DNA from: an uncultured bacterium
GTDB taxonomy: Bacteria; Auribacterota; JAFGBW01
NCBI GenBank assembly: GCA_964443875.1
Contig: CAYUET010000012.1
Span: forward strand, 12,778-76,777
DNA: 64,000 nt
Reading direction: 5' to 3'
The notes beneath the pieces are model-generated. The model searched no databases, was not told the origin of the DNA, and saw only the letters and a list, made by a program, of their open reading frames with translations. Below, piece after piece: positions 55,403 through 64,000 of the stretch (positions are counted from its first letter, which is position 1; each line of letters begins with the position of its first letter). The position numbers were made by a program, and so were the translations under genes.

Positions 55403-57400
55403 TTAATAAGTATATTCAATTTTCGCATAAAATGATTGTCCAGGCCCATTGCAGACATCCCCGACAACCTGACGTCCGAATTCCGGATAATAGTATTCTT
55501 TATCAAAGAGATTTCTCGCAATGAGGCGGATTTTCATAGATTCTTTTACAGAATAAACCGTTTGCAGGTTAAAGAGGGTGTAGTCATCCGCCGTGTAATC
55601 GGTATCATTGTCTTCTCTTTCTCCGACATATTGGGCATTCATGTTTACAGCAAAAGAATCTACCATTTTCCAGTTCATGCCGGCATTTGCAGTATACCTG
55701 ACCAGAAAAGGAATATCATCGTTACTTTCTTTAAGTTCGCCCTGGTTATAAGAAGCATTGACGAACAAGGATACTTTTGGTGTCATCTCAGCCTTGAAAT
55801 CAAGCTCAAGTCCATACACTTCCTGTCCTTCTTCATTGGAAAATATGATATTCCCCTGAGGGTCCAGAGCTAAACTTATGGTGTCATAGGTCGAAAGAAA
55901 AAAGAGGTTGCTTTTCAGAGAATATTTCTTGTTGAAGATCAGATCCAGACCCAGGTCATAGGTTTTGATTGTTTCGGGCACGAGATTGGGATTACCCAGG
56001 TAAATGCCGGGCATAGAGCAGATTTGTTCATAACTGTTGGGGGCCCTGTAGGCTTCTCCATAGAGAAATTTGAGATATTTTCCTTCAGCAAGTTCATAAA
56101 CGAGTCCTGCATTGGGTGTTGTGTCTGTTCCGGCCTTGCTGTTGTCGAAATAACGCGCTCCGGCAACCAGTTTAAGGGAATCGGTAAGTCCCCAGGACAG
56201 GTTTGAATAAACAGACGATTCATCCGAATAGGTTTTTCCATTATAATAGACCACCAGATCCCCGACAAGACTGGGGAGGGTGATTAACTGCCAGTCCGGA
56301 TCTATTTTATAGCGGTCCCAGCTTGTTCCCAGGGTTAAAGTCACATTTTCGAGGGGAGTATAGTTGAGTTGGGCTTCCCCTCCATATTTATATCCTTCAA
56401 GGAGAACGGATGAGTGTCCGCCATATCTGGAAAGCATGTCATATTCTTTATCCATGCTGTCATAACGACCGTTGATTTGAAAAGAGACACTGTCTGTAAA
56501 GGAATGCTGAAATTCGAGATCTGTAAAATAACCGTCATAATGATTCTGACCGCTTAAGTAGACCATGGGAAGCCATCCGATTTTTTCCTTGTCCTGTTTA
56601 AAGTAACCTGTATTAAACGTGAGGCCTTTATACTGAAGGCTGGCATAGGCATTTGTGACGTCATTTTCGTAATCAAAAGAGCGGCTTAATCCGATTTCAT
56701 CTCTTTTGAGATTCATTTCATATCCATCATCGTCTCCATACGAGGCGGCAGCAAAGCAGTTGAAATCCCCTTCTTTGGCCTGAGTGGAAAGGGAATATTC
56801 CTGGGTTCCGAAAGATCCCCCTTTGGCTGAGGTTGAAAAGGAATTTTTTTCACCTTCATAAGTAATGATATTGATGACTCCGGCATAAGCATTGGTTCCG
56901 TAAAGCACTGAACCCGGACCGCGGATCACTTCGATCTGTTTTACGGCATTTATGGGGATGATTTCCAGGTGATAGCCGAAGTTAATTGTTTCAAAGAAAG
57001 GATGCCCATTGATGAGCATTAAACTTTTATGGTTGTAATGATCCTGAAAAGTGTTTCTGAAGATGACACTTGAAATTCCGAAGTAAGTTTCAATCACTGT
57101 AATTCCGGGAATGTAGGACAGGGCTTCATAAAGATTGGTAACGCCTAATTCTTTAATCTGTTCCTGGGTGAGAACGGTTATGTTTGCAGGGGCTTCCTGA
57201 GCAAGTTCTTTTTTCTTGGACACTGTAGTAATGTAAGTATTGGTCTGAATCCATTCCTGATTAACGATTGTTTCTTCCGCAGGCATTGACTGATCGACAA
57301 TAAGCAGGGAGTCTTTTTCTTCTGTTCCGGTTTCGATCTGAGCCTGGGCAAATGAAATCCCCATCAACAGCGCCACGGCAAATCCTGTAAATCGCTTCAT
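55403..57400 (-). CDS. TonB-dependent outer-membrane receptor
   Basis: Signal peptide, TonB-box-like TYITTVS, plug-domain motifs (IEVIRGPGSVLYGTNAYAGVINIIT) and a 22-strand-scale barrel ending ...YAKIEYTY. 665 aa. Confidence 0.8.
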   Translation of the reverse strand: MKRFTGFAVALLMGISFAQAQIETGTEEKDSLLIVDQSMPAEETIVNQEWIQTNTYITTVSKKKELAQEAPANITVLTQEQIKELGVTNLYEALSYIPGITVIETYFGISSVIFRNTFQDHYNHKSLMLINGHPFFETINFGYHLEIIPINAVKQIEVIRGPGSVLYGTNAYAGVINIITYEGEKNSFSTSAKGGSFGTQEYSLSTQAKEGDFNCFAAASYGDDDGYEMNLKRDEIGLSRSFDYENDVTNAYASLQYKGLTFNTGYFKQDKEKIGWLPMVYLSGQNHYDGYFTDLEFQHSFTDSVSFQINGRYDSMDKEYDMLSRYGGHSSVLLEGYKYGGEAQLNYTPLENVTLTLGTSWDRYKIDPDWQLITLPSLVGDLVVYYNGKTYSDESSVYSNLSWGLTDSLKLVAGARYFDNSKAGTDTTPNAGLVYELAEGKYLKFLYGEAYRAPNSYEQICSMPGIYLGNPNLVPETIKTYDLGLDLIFNKKYSLKSNLFFLSTYDTISLALDPQGNIIFSNEEGQEVYGLELDFKAEMTPKVSLFVNASYNQGELKESNDDIPFLVRYTANAGMNWKMVDSFAVNMNAQYVGEREDNDTDYTADDYTLFNLQTVYSVKESMKIRLIARNLFDKEYYYPEFGRQVVGDVCNGPGQSFYAKIEYTY

Positions 57401-57723
57401 GAATTCCTCCTGTTAGTTTTTAAAAACAATAACAAACTCTAAATCTGATTCAAAAGTTCAACTAAAATTTGATTCTCGATATTTTTTTCAAGGCTAAAAC
57501 TTTTTTCTATATCATAAAAATAGTTAAGGGATCAATACGAATTGCAAAAAAACAGGGCAGCAGTCTATGCGATTCAGTTAATCCGCATAGTGTATGAAAA
57601 ATTACCTTAATTGTTTTAAACAGTCATAAATCAACTACTCCAGCCTCAATATTAACTTCAATCTCAGGAGCAAAATGTGCCCAATCCTGTATCCAAACAA
57701 AAAATAAGTTTTTGTCTGCGTAA

Positions 57724-57749
57724 GCCTGTTTTGGCTTTCTCAAACAGGC
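57724..57749 (+). terminator. hairpin GCCTGTTT-N10-AAACAGGC followed by a T-rich tract, in the 625-nt divergent leader between the two receptor genes
   Basis: Perfect 8-bp inverted repeat at 57724-57731 / 57742-57749, followed by ATTTTATCTT. Confidence 0.3.
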
Positions 57750-58025
57750 ATTTTATCTTGAATATTTGTCGCCTATGCGAAAAATTCGGATTAAGCAATA
57801 TGACGTATTATTACTTAAATAATATCAATGATGCAGAAACTGAACAGCTGATAAATCCTCTTGAAAAGCGGAAATAGAAAACCAAAACCTTCGGCCCCAT
57901 GACTTTAAATAAAAAAAGGTATTTTTTTATTGAAAAATAAAAACATAATGCTATCCTTTACAAAAATGTAAGTATTTCTGTCTGTTTTGATAACATTTTT
58001 CTTTAAAAAATAAGAGGAGGGATTC

Positions 58026-60026
58026 ATGAAACGTATTCTGAGTATGTTTTTATCATGCATGATTGGAATGTCATGGGTTATTGCACAAACTGAAGAAACG
58101 AAAGATCCTTTATTAGTTCTGGATGAAGAAAGTATTGTGACTGAAACAGACAGTCAGATGACTTGGATGGAGAAAGATACTTATGTAACAACGGCTTCGA
58201 AGAAAAAAGAACTGGTTCAGGAAGCGCCGGCGAATATTACAGTGGTGACATATAATCAGATCAAAGAACTAGGGGCAAATTCTCTGGCGGAGGTTCTTTC
58301 ATTTGTTCCCGGCATTACAGTGATAGAAACTTATTTTGGTCTTACCAATGTTGTTTTCAGAGGGACTTATCAGGAATTATACAATAATAAAAGCTTGATG
58401 CTGATCAACGGTCATGCAACCTGGGAAGTGGCAAATGGAAGCTATAATCTGGAATATATCCCCCTTGAGGCCATTAAGCAGATAGAAATTATCCGCGGTC
58501 CGGGTTCAGTGCTTTACGGAACAAATGCTTATGCCGGAGTGATCAACATTATTACTTTTGACGGCACTGAAGAGGGAATTAATAAGGTTAGTGCAAAAGG
58601 CGGATCTTTTAATACCCAGGAATATTCTTTATCCGGCGGGGCTAAAAAGGGTGATTTTAATTTTTTTGCAGCCGCTTCTGTTTATAAGACAGACGGATAT
58701 GAATTCAATGTGAAACGGGATGAGCTTGGACAAAGAGGAACTTTTGATTATGCTGATGAATATCAGAATGCTTTTGTTAATCTTCAGTATAAGGAGATAA
58801 CACTGAATTACAACTACTATAATCAGGATAAGGAGAAATTCGGATTCTTGCCGATTCTCGCCTCCCATGGCCAGCAGCACTTTGAAAATTATTATTTTGA
58901 TTTAAAATGGGTTCACGGGTTTTCCGATGAATTGTCCATGCAGGTCAACACCCGCTATGACAGAATGAGGAAAGATTATGATTTGGTGAAAGCCGGGGGA
59001 AATGGATATGTATCTGTTCCGAATGATACTTCCAAACATGGCTGTGAAGTTCAGATAAACTATGTACCTGTGGAGTCCTTTTCAGTGGCTATGGGCGGAA
59101 GCTGGGATGAATACTATCCTCATACCAACTGGGAAAATAACACAAGAGTGTTTCGTTCGAATGTGGGAACTTTTATGGCGATCTATGCCAGAGAAATTAA
59201 CGAGGAAACCGCGGCCTACACCAATTTTAACTGGAAAATGCTGGAAAAGTTGGATTTTGTTGGCGGTTTGAGATATTCGTATCATACGACAGCCGGAAAG
59301 AATACAGCCCCGAATGCCGGGCTTATTTATGAAGTAGGAAGCAATAAATACATCAAGTTTTTATATGGAGAGGCTTTCAGAGTTCCTAATATTTATGAAA
59401 CCGATCTCACAATGTATGGGGTTATAAACAGCAATCCTAATCTCGATTCAGAGACAATTAAAACCTATGATCTCGGGTTGGACATGCTTTTTGCAGACCG
59501 GTTTAATTTCAAAACAAATCTGTTTTTTTTAAGCACTTATGATACGATTGTCAGAGCTGATTCAAACGGGGACAGGGTTCCTGAGTATGTTAATGGAGAG
59601 GGACAGGAAGTATGGGGTATTGAAGTCGATTTGAAAATGGATATGACTTCTTCTTTCAATATGTTTGTCAACTGTGCTTTTAATGATGGCGAAATGAAAG
59701 ATTCCGGGTTGGATGTGGCTTTTCTTCCTGAAGTGACAGGCAATGCCGGGATAAGCTGGAAAATGGCGGATCCTTTCACGTTGGGAATGAATGTACAGTA
59801 TGTCGGTGAAAGAGAAGATAATAACAGGGATTATACTGCGGAAGATTATACTCTTTTCAATATGCAGGGTATTTACAGAATTAATGATTCTTTTAAACTT
59901 ACGGTGAATGCCACCAATCTTTTTGATGAAGAATACTATTATCCTGAAGTAAGCCGTCAAAATATCGGGGATATGGGAAATGGGCCTGGTCAGGCCTTTT
60001 ATGGTAAAGTGGAATATACTTATTAA
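58026..60026 (+). CDS. TonB-dependent outer-membrane receptor (paralog of 55403..57400)
   Basis: Same motifs as the paralog (TYVTTAS; IEIIRGPGSVLYGTNAYAGVINIIT; C-terminal ...YGKVEYTY). RBS AGGAGG. 666 aa. Confidence 0.8.
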   Translation: MKRILSMFLSCMIGMSWVIAQTEETKDPLLVLDEESIVTETDSQMTWMEKDTYVTTASKKKELVQEAPANITVVTYNQIKELGANSLAEVLSFVPGITVIETYFGLTNVVFRGTYQELYNNKSLMLINGHATWEVANGSYNLEYIPLEAIKQIEIIRGPGSVLYGTNAYAGVINIITFDGTEEGINKVSAKGGSFNTQEYSLSGGAKKGDFNFFAAASVYKTDGYEFNVKRDELGQRGTFDYADEYQNAFVNLQYKEITLNYNYYNQDKEKFGFLPILASHGQQHFENYYFDLKWVHGFSDELSMQVNTRYDRMRKDYDLVKAGGNGYVSVPNDTSKHGCEVQINYVPVESFSVAMGGSWDEYYPHTNWENNTRVFRSNVGTFMAIYAREINEETAAYTNFNWKMLEKLDFVGGLRYSYHTTAGKNTAPNAGLIYEVGSNKYIKFLYGEAFRVPNIYETDLTMYGVINSNPNLDSETIKTYDLGLDMLFADRFNFKTNLFFLSTYDTIVRADSNGDRVPEYVNGEGQEVWGIEVDLKMDMTSSFNMFVNCAFNDGEMKDSGLDVAFLPEVTGNAGISWKMADPFTLGMNVQYVGEREDNNRDYTAEDYTLFNMQGIYRINDSFKLTVNATNLFDEEYYYPEVSRQNIGDMGNGPGQAFYGKVEYTY

Positions 60027-60065
60027 TTAATGGCTTTAGGCTAACGTTTTAAAAGGATTTAAGTT

Positions 60066-61124
60066 ATGAATATAAAAAAGATGGCGTGCCTAGGAGCAAT
60101 GATTACAGGTGTTGCATTTTCTGCTTTATGTGCGGATTTCAATTGGACGGAGTTGAATCAGAAAGTTGTGCAGCTTTTTAAATCAGGGCAGCCTAAAAAG
60201 GCTTTTGAATTGGGAAATCAGTATGTGGAACAGATTAAAAAAGAATTCAAGACATCTAAAATAGTCACCACAGATGAGATTACCTTTTTAGTGAATCTGG
60301 GAATCATTACTAAACAGGCCAAGGAATATAAGGCGGCCAGAGATATTCTGGATCTGGCGGTAGAATGCAAAACAAAGATCGCTTCCCCGAATGACCCCCT
60401 CTTTGTCAATATCTATAAAACTTTAGGGGATATTCATCTGGAACTTAAAGATTTCAAATCCGGTGAAGAAAGTTATATGCAAGCTTTAAAAGTAAAGGAA
60501 ACCAATTTCGGTTCTGATCATGCGGAAATGGTTCCTCTCTATTTGGGTCTTGCTGATTTTTATCAGGGCTTTGGGAAAAACGATCTGGCTTCCGATACTT
60601 TTGAGAAAGCCCTTAAGCTTTCCAAAGTTAAAAATGGGGAAGAAGATAACAAAACTGCTGATGTTTATTTCCGGTTAGGTGAATTTTATTTCAATCAGAA
60701 GATCTATGATAAAGCGGAAAAGGCATTTTTAAGAGCTTTCAGTATCTATGATAAGAATAAGGGGTCTGGGAAAATTGCCCTTGTCTATGATTACCTTGGA
60801 TTTCTGAGCAGAATAAAAGGAAATTTACAGGAGGCTGAATCCTATTTCCGGATTGCAGCAAAGTCAAAGGAGGTCAAACCGGGGAAGAATTCAATCGAGT
60901 ATGCAAATTCCTTGAATAACCTCGGACTTATTTATTCTATGCAGAAAAATAAAGAAGCTGAGGGAATTTTGAAAGAATCTCTGAAAATTTGTGAAAACCT
61001 TCGTGGAAAAAATAGTCCGACTTTAATTCCCATATTGAGCAATTTGTCGGATTATTATTCAGAAAATGGAAATAAGGCAGAAGCGGAATTATATCTAAAC
61101 CGTATTAAAACAATTAAATCTTAA
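60066..61124 (+). CDS. secreted TPR-repeat protein (paralog of 54308..55369)
   Basis: About 55% identical to the upstream paralog over its full length (e.g. CKTKIASPNDPLFV shared). Confidence 0.7.
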   Translation: MNIKKMACLGAMITGVAFSALCADFNWTELNQKVVQLFKSGQPKKAFELGNQYVEQIKKEFKTSKIVTTDEITFLVNLGIITKQAKEYKAARDILDLAVECKTKIASPNDPLFVNIYKTLGDIHLELKDFKSGEESYMQALKVKETNFGSDHAEMVPLYLGLADFYQGFGKNDLASDTFEKALKLSKVKNGEEDNKTADVYFRLGEFYFNQKIYDKAEKAFLRAFSIYDKNKGSGKIALVYDYLGFLSRIKGNLQEAESYFRIAAKSKEVKPGKNSIEYANSLNNLGLIYSMQKNKEAEGILKESLKICENLRGKNSPTLIPILSNLSDYYSENGNKAEAELYLNRIKTIKS

Positions 61125-61171
61125 TCTGATAAATTTTTAACCCCAGGGTTTAAAGCCTTGGGGTTTTTTCA

Positions 61172-61855
61172 ATGGAAAAAAAAGAAACTCAATCTTATTA
61201 TCAGTATTATCTCACAATAGTTTTGTCTCTTTTAATAGTTCTTACGATTCTTTTATTAATAAAACTTTCCTCACGATCTGTGCATAAAGACCATGATTTT
61301 CAAATAAGTTATGCATCTGAAAAAAAACTTTTTGAAGAGCATTCGGAATTAAAACCTCTGGGAACACTCCCCTTACCGATTAAAGCGAAAGAAGAAAGCA
61401 AAAAATCAGAAGATCCTATGGAGAAAGAAAATCTTCTTGTTGATTTAAATTGTGCCACAAAAGAGGAATTAATGGAGCTTCCGGGGGTTGGCCCCAAAAT
61501 GGCGGAAGCCATGATGCAATATCGGGAGGAAAATAAGGGATTTTCTTCTGAAAAGGATTTGATGAACATTTCAGGAATCGGGGAAAAGCGTTACAAGCGT
61601 ATAGAGCCTTTTATTAAAAAAATCTCAGGAAATTCTTCAACAGATCTTCATTTGTCGCAGACAAATTCAGATCATTCCAATGTACGGAAACAGAATGCGA
61701 GTAAGGCAGTGAAATCTCCTGAATACTTATCAGGTATCGTATGTGCGAAATGTGGACAGAGGGTATCCATTCATAAATCCCGTGAATATCACTCAAAACC
61801 CTATTGCCCTCATTGTCTTACTTATCTGTTTAAAAAGACATCTCAAAATTTTTAA
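61172..61855 (+). CDS. ComEA-like helix-hairpin-helix DNA-binding membrane protein with C-terminal Cys4 zinc-ribbon
   Basis: N-terminal TM (YLTIVLSLLIVLTILLLIKL), HhH pair (LVDLNCATKEELMELPGVGPKMAEAMMQYREENKGFSSEKDLMNISGIGEKRYKRI), then CAKCGQ...CPHC. Confidence 0.6.
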   Translation: MEKKETQSYYQYYLTIVLSLLIVLTILLLIKLSSRSVHKDHDFQISYASEKKLFEEHSELKPLGTLPLPIKAKEESKKSEDPMEKENLLVDLNCATKEELMELPGVGPKMAEAMMQYREENKGFSSEKDLMNISGIGEKRYKRIEPFIKKISGNSSTDLHLSQTNSDHSNVRKQNASKAVKSPEYLSGIVCAKCGQRVSIHKSREYHSKPYCPHCLTYLFKKTSQNF

Positions 61856-61908
61856 GCCCGTTTTCCTGTAAACTGATTCTTCAGCCAATTGAGGATTTAG
61901 AATTCATT

Positions 61909-61951
61909 TAATTGCCAGCAATTTTTTTGATAAAGAATACTATTATCCTGA
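61909..61951 (+). pseudogene. orphan fragment of a TonB-dependent-receptor 3' end (..NFFDKEYYYPE..)
   Basis: About 45 nt nearly identical to 59905-59950 (attgccagcaatttttttgataaagaatactattatcctgaa vs aatgccaccaatctttttgatgaagaatactattatcctgaa). A stop follows shortly after. Confidence 0.5.
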
Positions 61952-62380
61952 ATTAAAGTGCGGGATGTAGGAAGGGGGTAGCAAGTGCTCTGGTCATTTA
62001 TTGTACAATGAAACATAAAAAACGTATTTTTTAATCAGAAACATTTAAAAACAGTTTTGTCTATTTTTAATAAAAATGTCATAAAAAAACAGAGGGAAGA
62101 CTTTAGGGATGAATTTAAATTTTTCAATATCCTGGTGGATTTGAATACAGTAAATTATTTGAATGAAATGAAACATGATCAGGAAAATAAAGTTTATAGT
62201 ATATGGTTAAAAAGAAATTGTGTTTAATATTTAAATTCGAAAGATTTAATCTCATACAAAAAAATAAAAAATGTAAAATTGTTTTTTGAATGGACGTAAC
62301 GAAAAAATTATAAATTTGGAATATTTGTTTTTTTTTGATAATGCTTTTTTATTCGTAAAATAAAAAACAGGAGGTTTTTG

Positions 62381-64000
62381 ATGAAGCGTATGAAATTTTT
62401 GATCATGTCCTTTATGATTTTGGTGCAATCCCCGCTTTGGGCCCAAACGACTGATAATCAAGATTCAATGCTGATATCAGAAGAAGAGATTTCAAAGAAC
62501 AATGAAACAACGGACCTGGAATGGATGCAGGTGGATACCTATGTCACCACGGCTTCCAGAAAAAAAGAGCGCATTCAGGAGGCTCCTGCCAATATTACAG
62601 TTTTAACACGGGCGCAAATTCAGGAACTTGGGGCTACTTCCCTTGCTGAAGTTTTATCATTTATTCCGGGCATTACGATGATTGAATCGCATTTCGGGTA
62701 TACGGATGTGGTGTTCAGAGGAATCTATCAGGAATTAAATAATAAAGGTCTTATGCTGATTAACGGACATCCTGCCTGGGATGTTATTCATGGAAGTTAT
62801 CATCTTGAACAGATTCCCGTTGATGCCATCAAGCAGATAGAAGTCATTCGCGGACCCGGTTCCGTGCTTTACGGAACCAATGCCTATGCCGGAGTAATCA
62901 ACATTATCACTTATGACGGATCAGATAAAAATATCAATAAAGTCAGTATTAAAGGCGGTTCTTTCAGTACTCAGGAGTACTCCCTCTCCGGTGGTTTGAA
63001 AGCAGAGGAGGTTAAATTGTTCGCCTCCGCTTCTTATGTGGATACAGACGGATATGAATATCGGGTTAAAGCCGATGAACTCGGGCAGAGCGGAGTTCTC
63101 GACTATGCGACCACCTATGAAAATGCCTATGTTGGAATGAGCTATAAGGAGCTGACTTTTAATTACGGCTATTTTAATCAGGATAAGGAAAAGGTAGGCT
63201 TTCTGCCGATTCTTTTAACCGGCGGAGAGAATCATTTTGAAAATTATTTTACAGATTTGAAATTTGACCACGCTTTCACAGATGAATTATCGATGCAGGT
63301 TACAGGACGATATGACCGCATGAGAATTGATTATGACATTTATAATGCTCTCGGCGGTCTATCCAGCGTTCCGGTGGATGGAAGCAAATACGGGGGGGAG
63401 CTTCAGCTCAATTATGCTCCTTCAGATAAGATTTATCTGACCCTTGGCGGCAGCTGGGATCGCTATGTGATCAACCTGGACTGGAAAACCAGAATTGTTC
63501 CCACAGCTTTAGGAAATTTTATTGCCTATTATGATCTCGACGATGTGAAAGAGAGAGCTGCATACACCAATTTGAACTGGAAGCTTTTGGATGAACTTTC
63601 TTTTGTTGCCGGGGTAAGATATACGGATAATTCCGGTTCTGGAAACGGTGTTTGCCCGAATGCCGGTCTGATTTATGGGATTGGGGATAAAAAATACGTC
63701 AAGTTTCTATACGGAGAAGCATTCAGATCCCCTAATTTTTTTGAAACAAGTGTCCATATGCCGGGTGTTTCCTATGGCGGAAATCCGGATCTTGAAGCAG
63801 AAAGAATCAGAACATATGATCTGGGAGTGGATCTGATGTTTGCTGACCGGTATAATGTTAAAACCAATATTTATTATTTAAGCACCTATGACAGTATCGT
63901 CAAAGGGCCCGAGCTTTATGTCAATGGATCAGGACAGGAAGTCTGGGGAATAGAGATGGATTTAAGAGCGGATATCAATCAGGATTTTTCCATTTTTCTT
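62381..64000 (+). CDS. TonB-dependent outer-membrane receptor, third paralog (3' end outside the window)
   Basis: RBS AGGAGG, signal peptide, TYVTTAS TonB box, IEVIRGPGSVLYGTNAYAGVINIIT plug motif. The frame is open to the window end (540 codons). It is not in the ORF track because it is unterminated. Confidence 0.75.
   Translation, partial: MKRMKFLIMSFMILVQSPLWAQTTDNQDSMLISEEEISKNNETTDLEWMQVDTYVTTASRKKERIQEAPANITVLTRAQIQELGATSLAEVLSFIPGITMIESHFGYTDVVFRGIYQELNNKGLMLINGHPAWDVIHGSYHLEQIPVDAIKQIEVIRGPGSVLYGTNAYAGVINIITYDGSDKNINKVSIKGGSFSTQEYSLSGGLKAEEVKLFASASYVDTDGYEYRVKADELGQSGVLDYATTYENAYVGMSYKELTFNYGYFNQDKEKVGFLPILLTGGENHFENYFTDLKFDHAFTDELSMQVTGRYDRMRIDYDIYNALGGLSSVPVDGSKYGGELQLNYAPSDKIYLTLGGSWDRYVINLDWKTRIVPTALGNFIAYYDLDDVKERAAYTNLNWKLLDELSFVAGVRYTDNSGSGNGVCPNAGLIYGIGDKKYVKFLYGEAFRSPNFFETSVHMPGVSYGGNPDLEAERIRTYDLGVDLMFADRYNVKTNIYYLSTYDSIVKGPELYVNGSGQEVWGIEMDLRADINQDFSIFL

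Noticed and set aside
57677-57877. 66-aa ORF inside the receptor leader
   Set aside because: No RBS, AT-rich, and it overlaps the hairpin elements. It is more likely non-coding leader.
57401-58025. Cobalamin riboswitch in front of the TonB-dependent receptors
   Set aside because: I searched the leaders of all three receptors for the B12-box (..GCCACTG..) and a conserved cobalamin core and found nothing resembling it.
1-64000. tRNA/rRNA genes, transposases, integrases, phage genes, toxin-antitoxin pairs
   Set aside because: I scanned every intergenic region longer than 100 nt for tRNA-like GC-rich cloverleaf signatures (e.g. GGTTCGAATCC) and found none. No ORF has transposase or integrase motifs, and there are no terminal inverted repeats.

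Overview
The window is a 64 kb chromosomal segment that looks bacterial, Gram-negative and moderately AT-rich. The gene content (LptD, DegP, ExbBD, TonB-dependent receptors, FHA-linked Tad genes) is compatible with a Desulfobacterota/Deltaproteobacteria-like genome, but that placement is inference only. I saw no rRNA, tRNA, CRISPR array, transposase or integrase.

Layout from start to end:
1. 1-2409: a periplasmic thiol-disulfide redox cluster (thioredoxin-like proteins, a DGC-domain protein, CcdA).
2. 2447-4147: a ClC channel with CBS domains.
3. 5028-8398: two tandem SPFH/flotillin-like paralogs. Each has an iterated N-terminal beta-module in front of the SPFH core.
4. 8560-23346: housekeeping genes. 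These are dnaE, yifB/comM, an SNF2 helicase, an epimerase, recD2, MTA phosphorylase, a SAM methyltransferase and an isoprenoid-synthase-like ORF.
5. 23559-25988: a large secreted metallophosphoesterase.
6. 26146-36280: a ten-gene, translationally coupled Tad-like operon. It contains cpaB, an FHA-fused cpaF, tadB, tadC, DUF192, a lipoprotein, a membrane FHA protein, a secreted protein with a Thr-Asp/Thr-Gly tandem-repeat tract, and a half-size TauE/SafE protein. No pilin, prepilin peptidase or secretin is visible. This is the most unusual system in the window.
7. 36328-46177: recO-like, priA, a degenerate UDG-like ORF, ugd, lptD, degP and exbBD. A tandem-repeated promoter region sits in front of degP.
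8. 46205-53110: five consecutive uncharacterised envelope-targeted genes.
9. 53096-64000: a methyltransferase, then a mirrored duplication of [TonB-dependent receptor + TPR protein] cassettes. These are followed by a ComEA-like protein, a remnant of a TonB-dependent receptor 3' end, and a third, partial receptor paralog.

Every call comes from reading the translated ORFs and the raw sequence. No database search was possible, so family assignments rest on recognised motifs.
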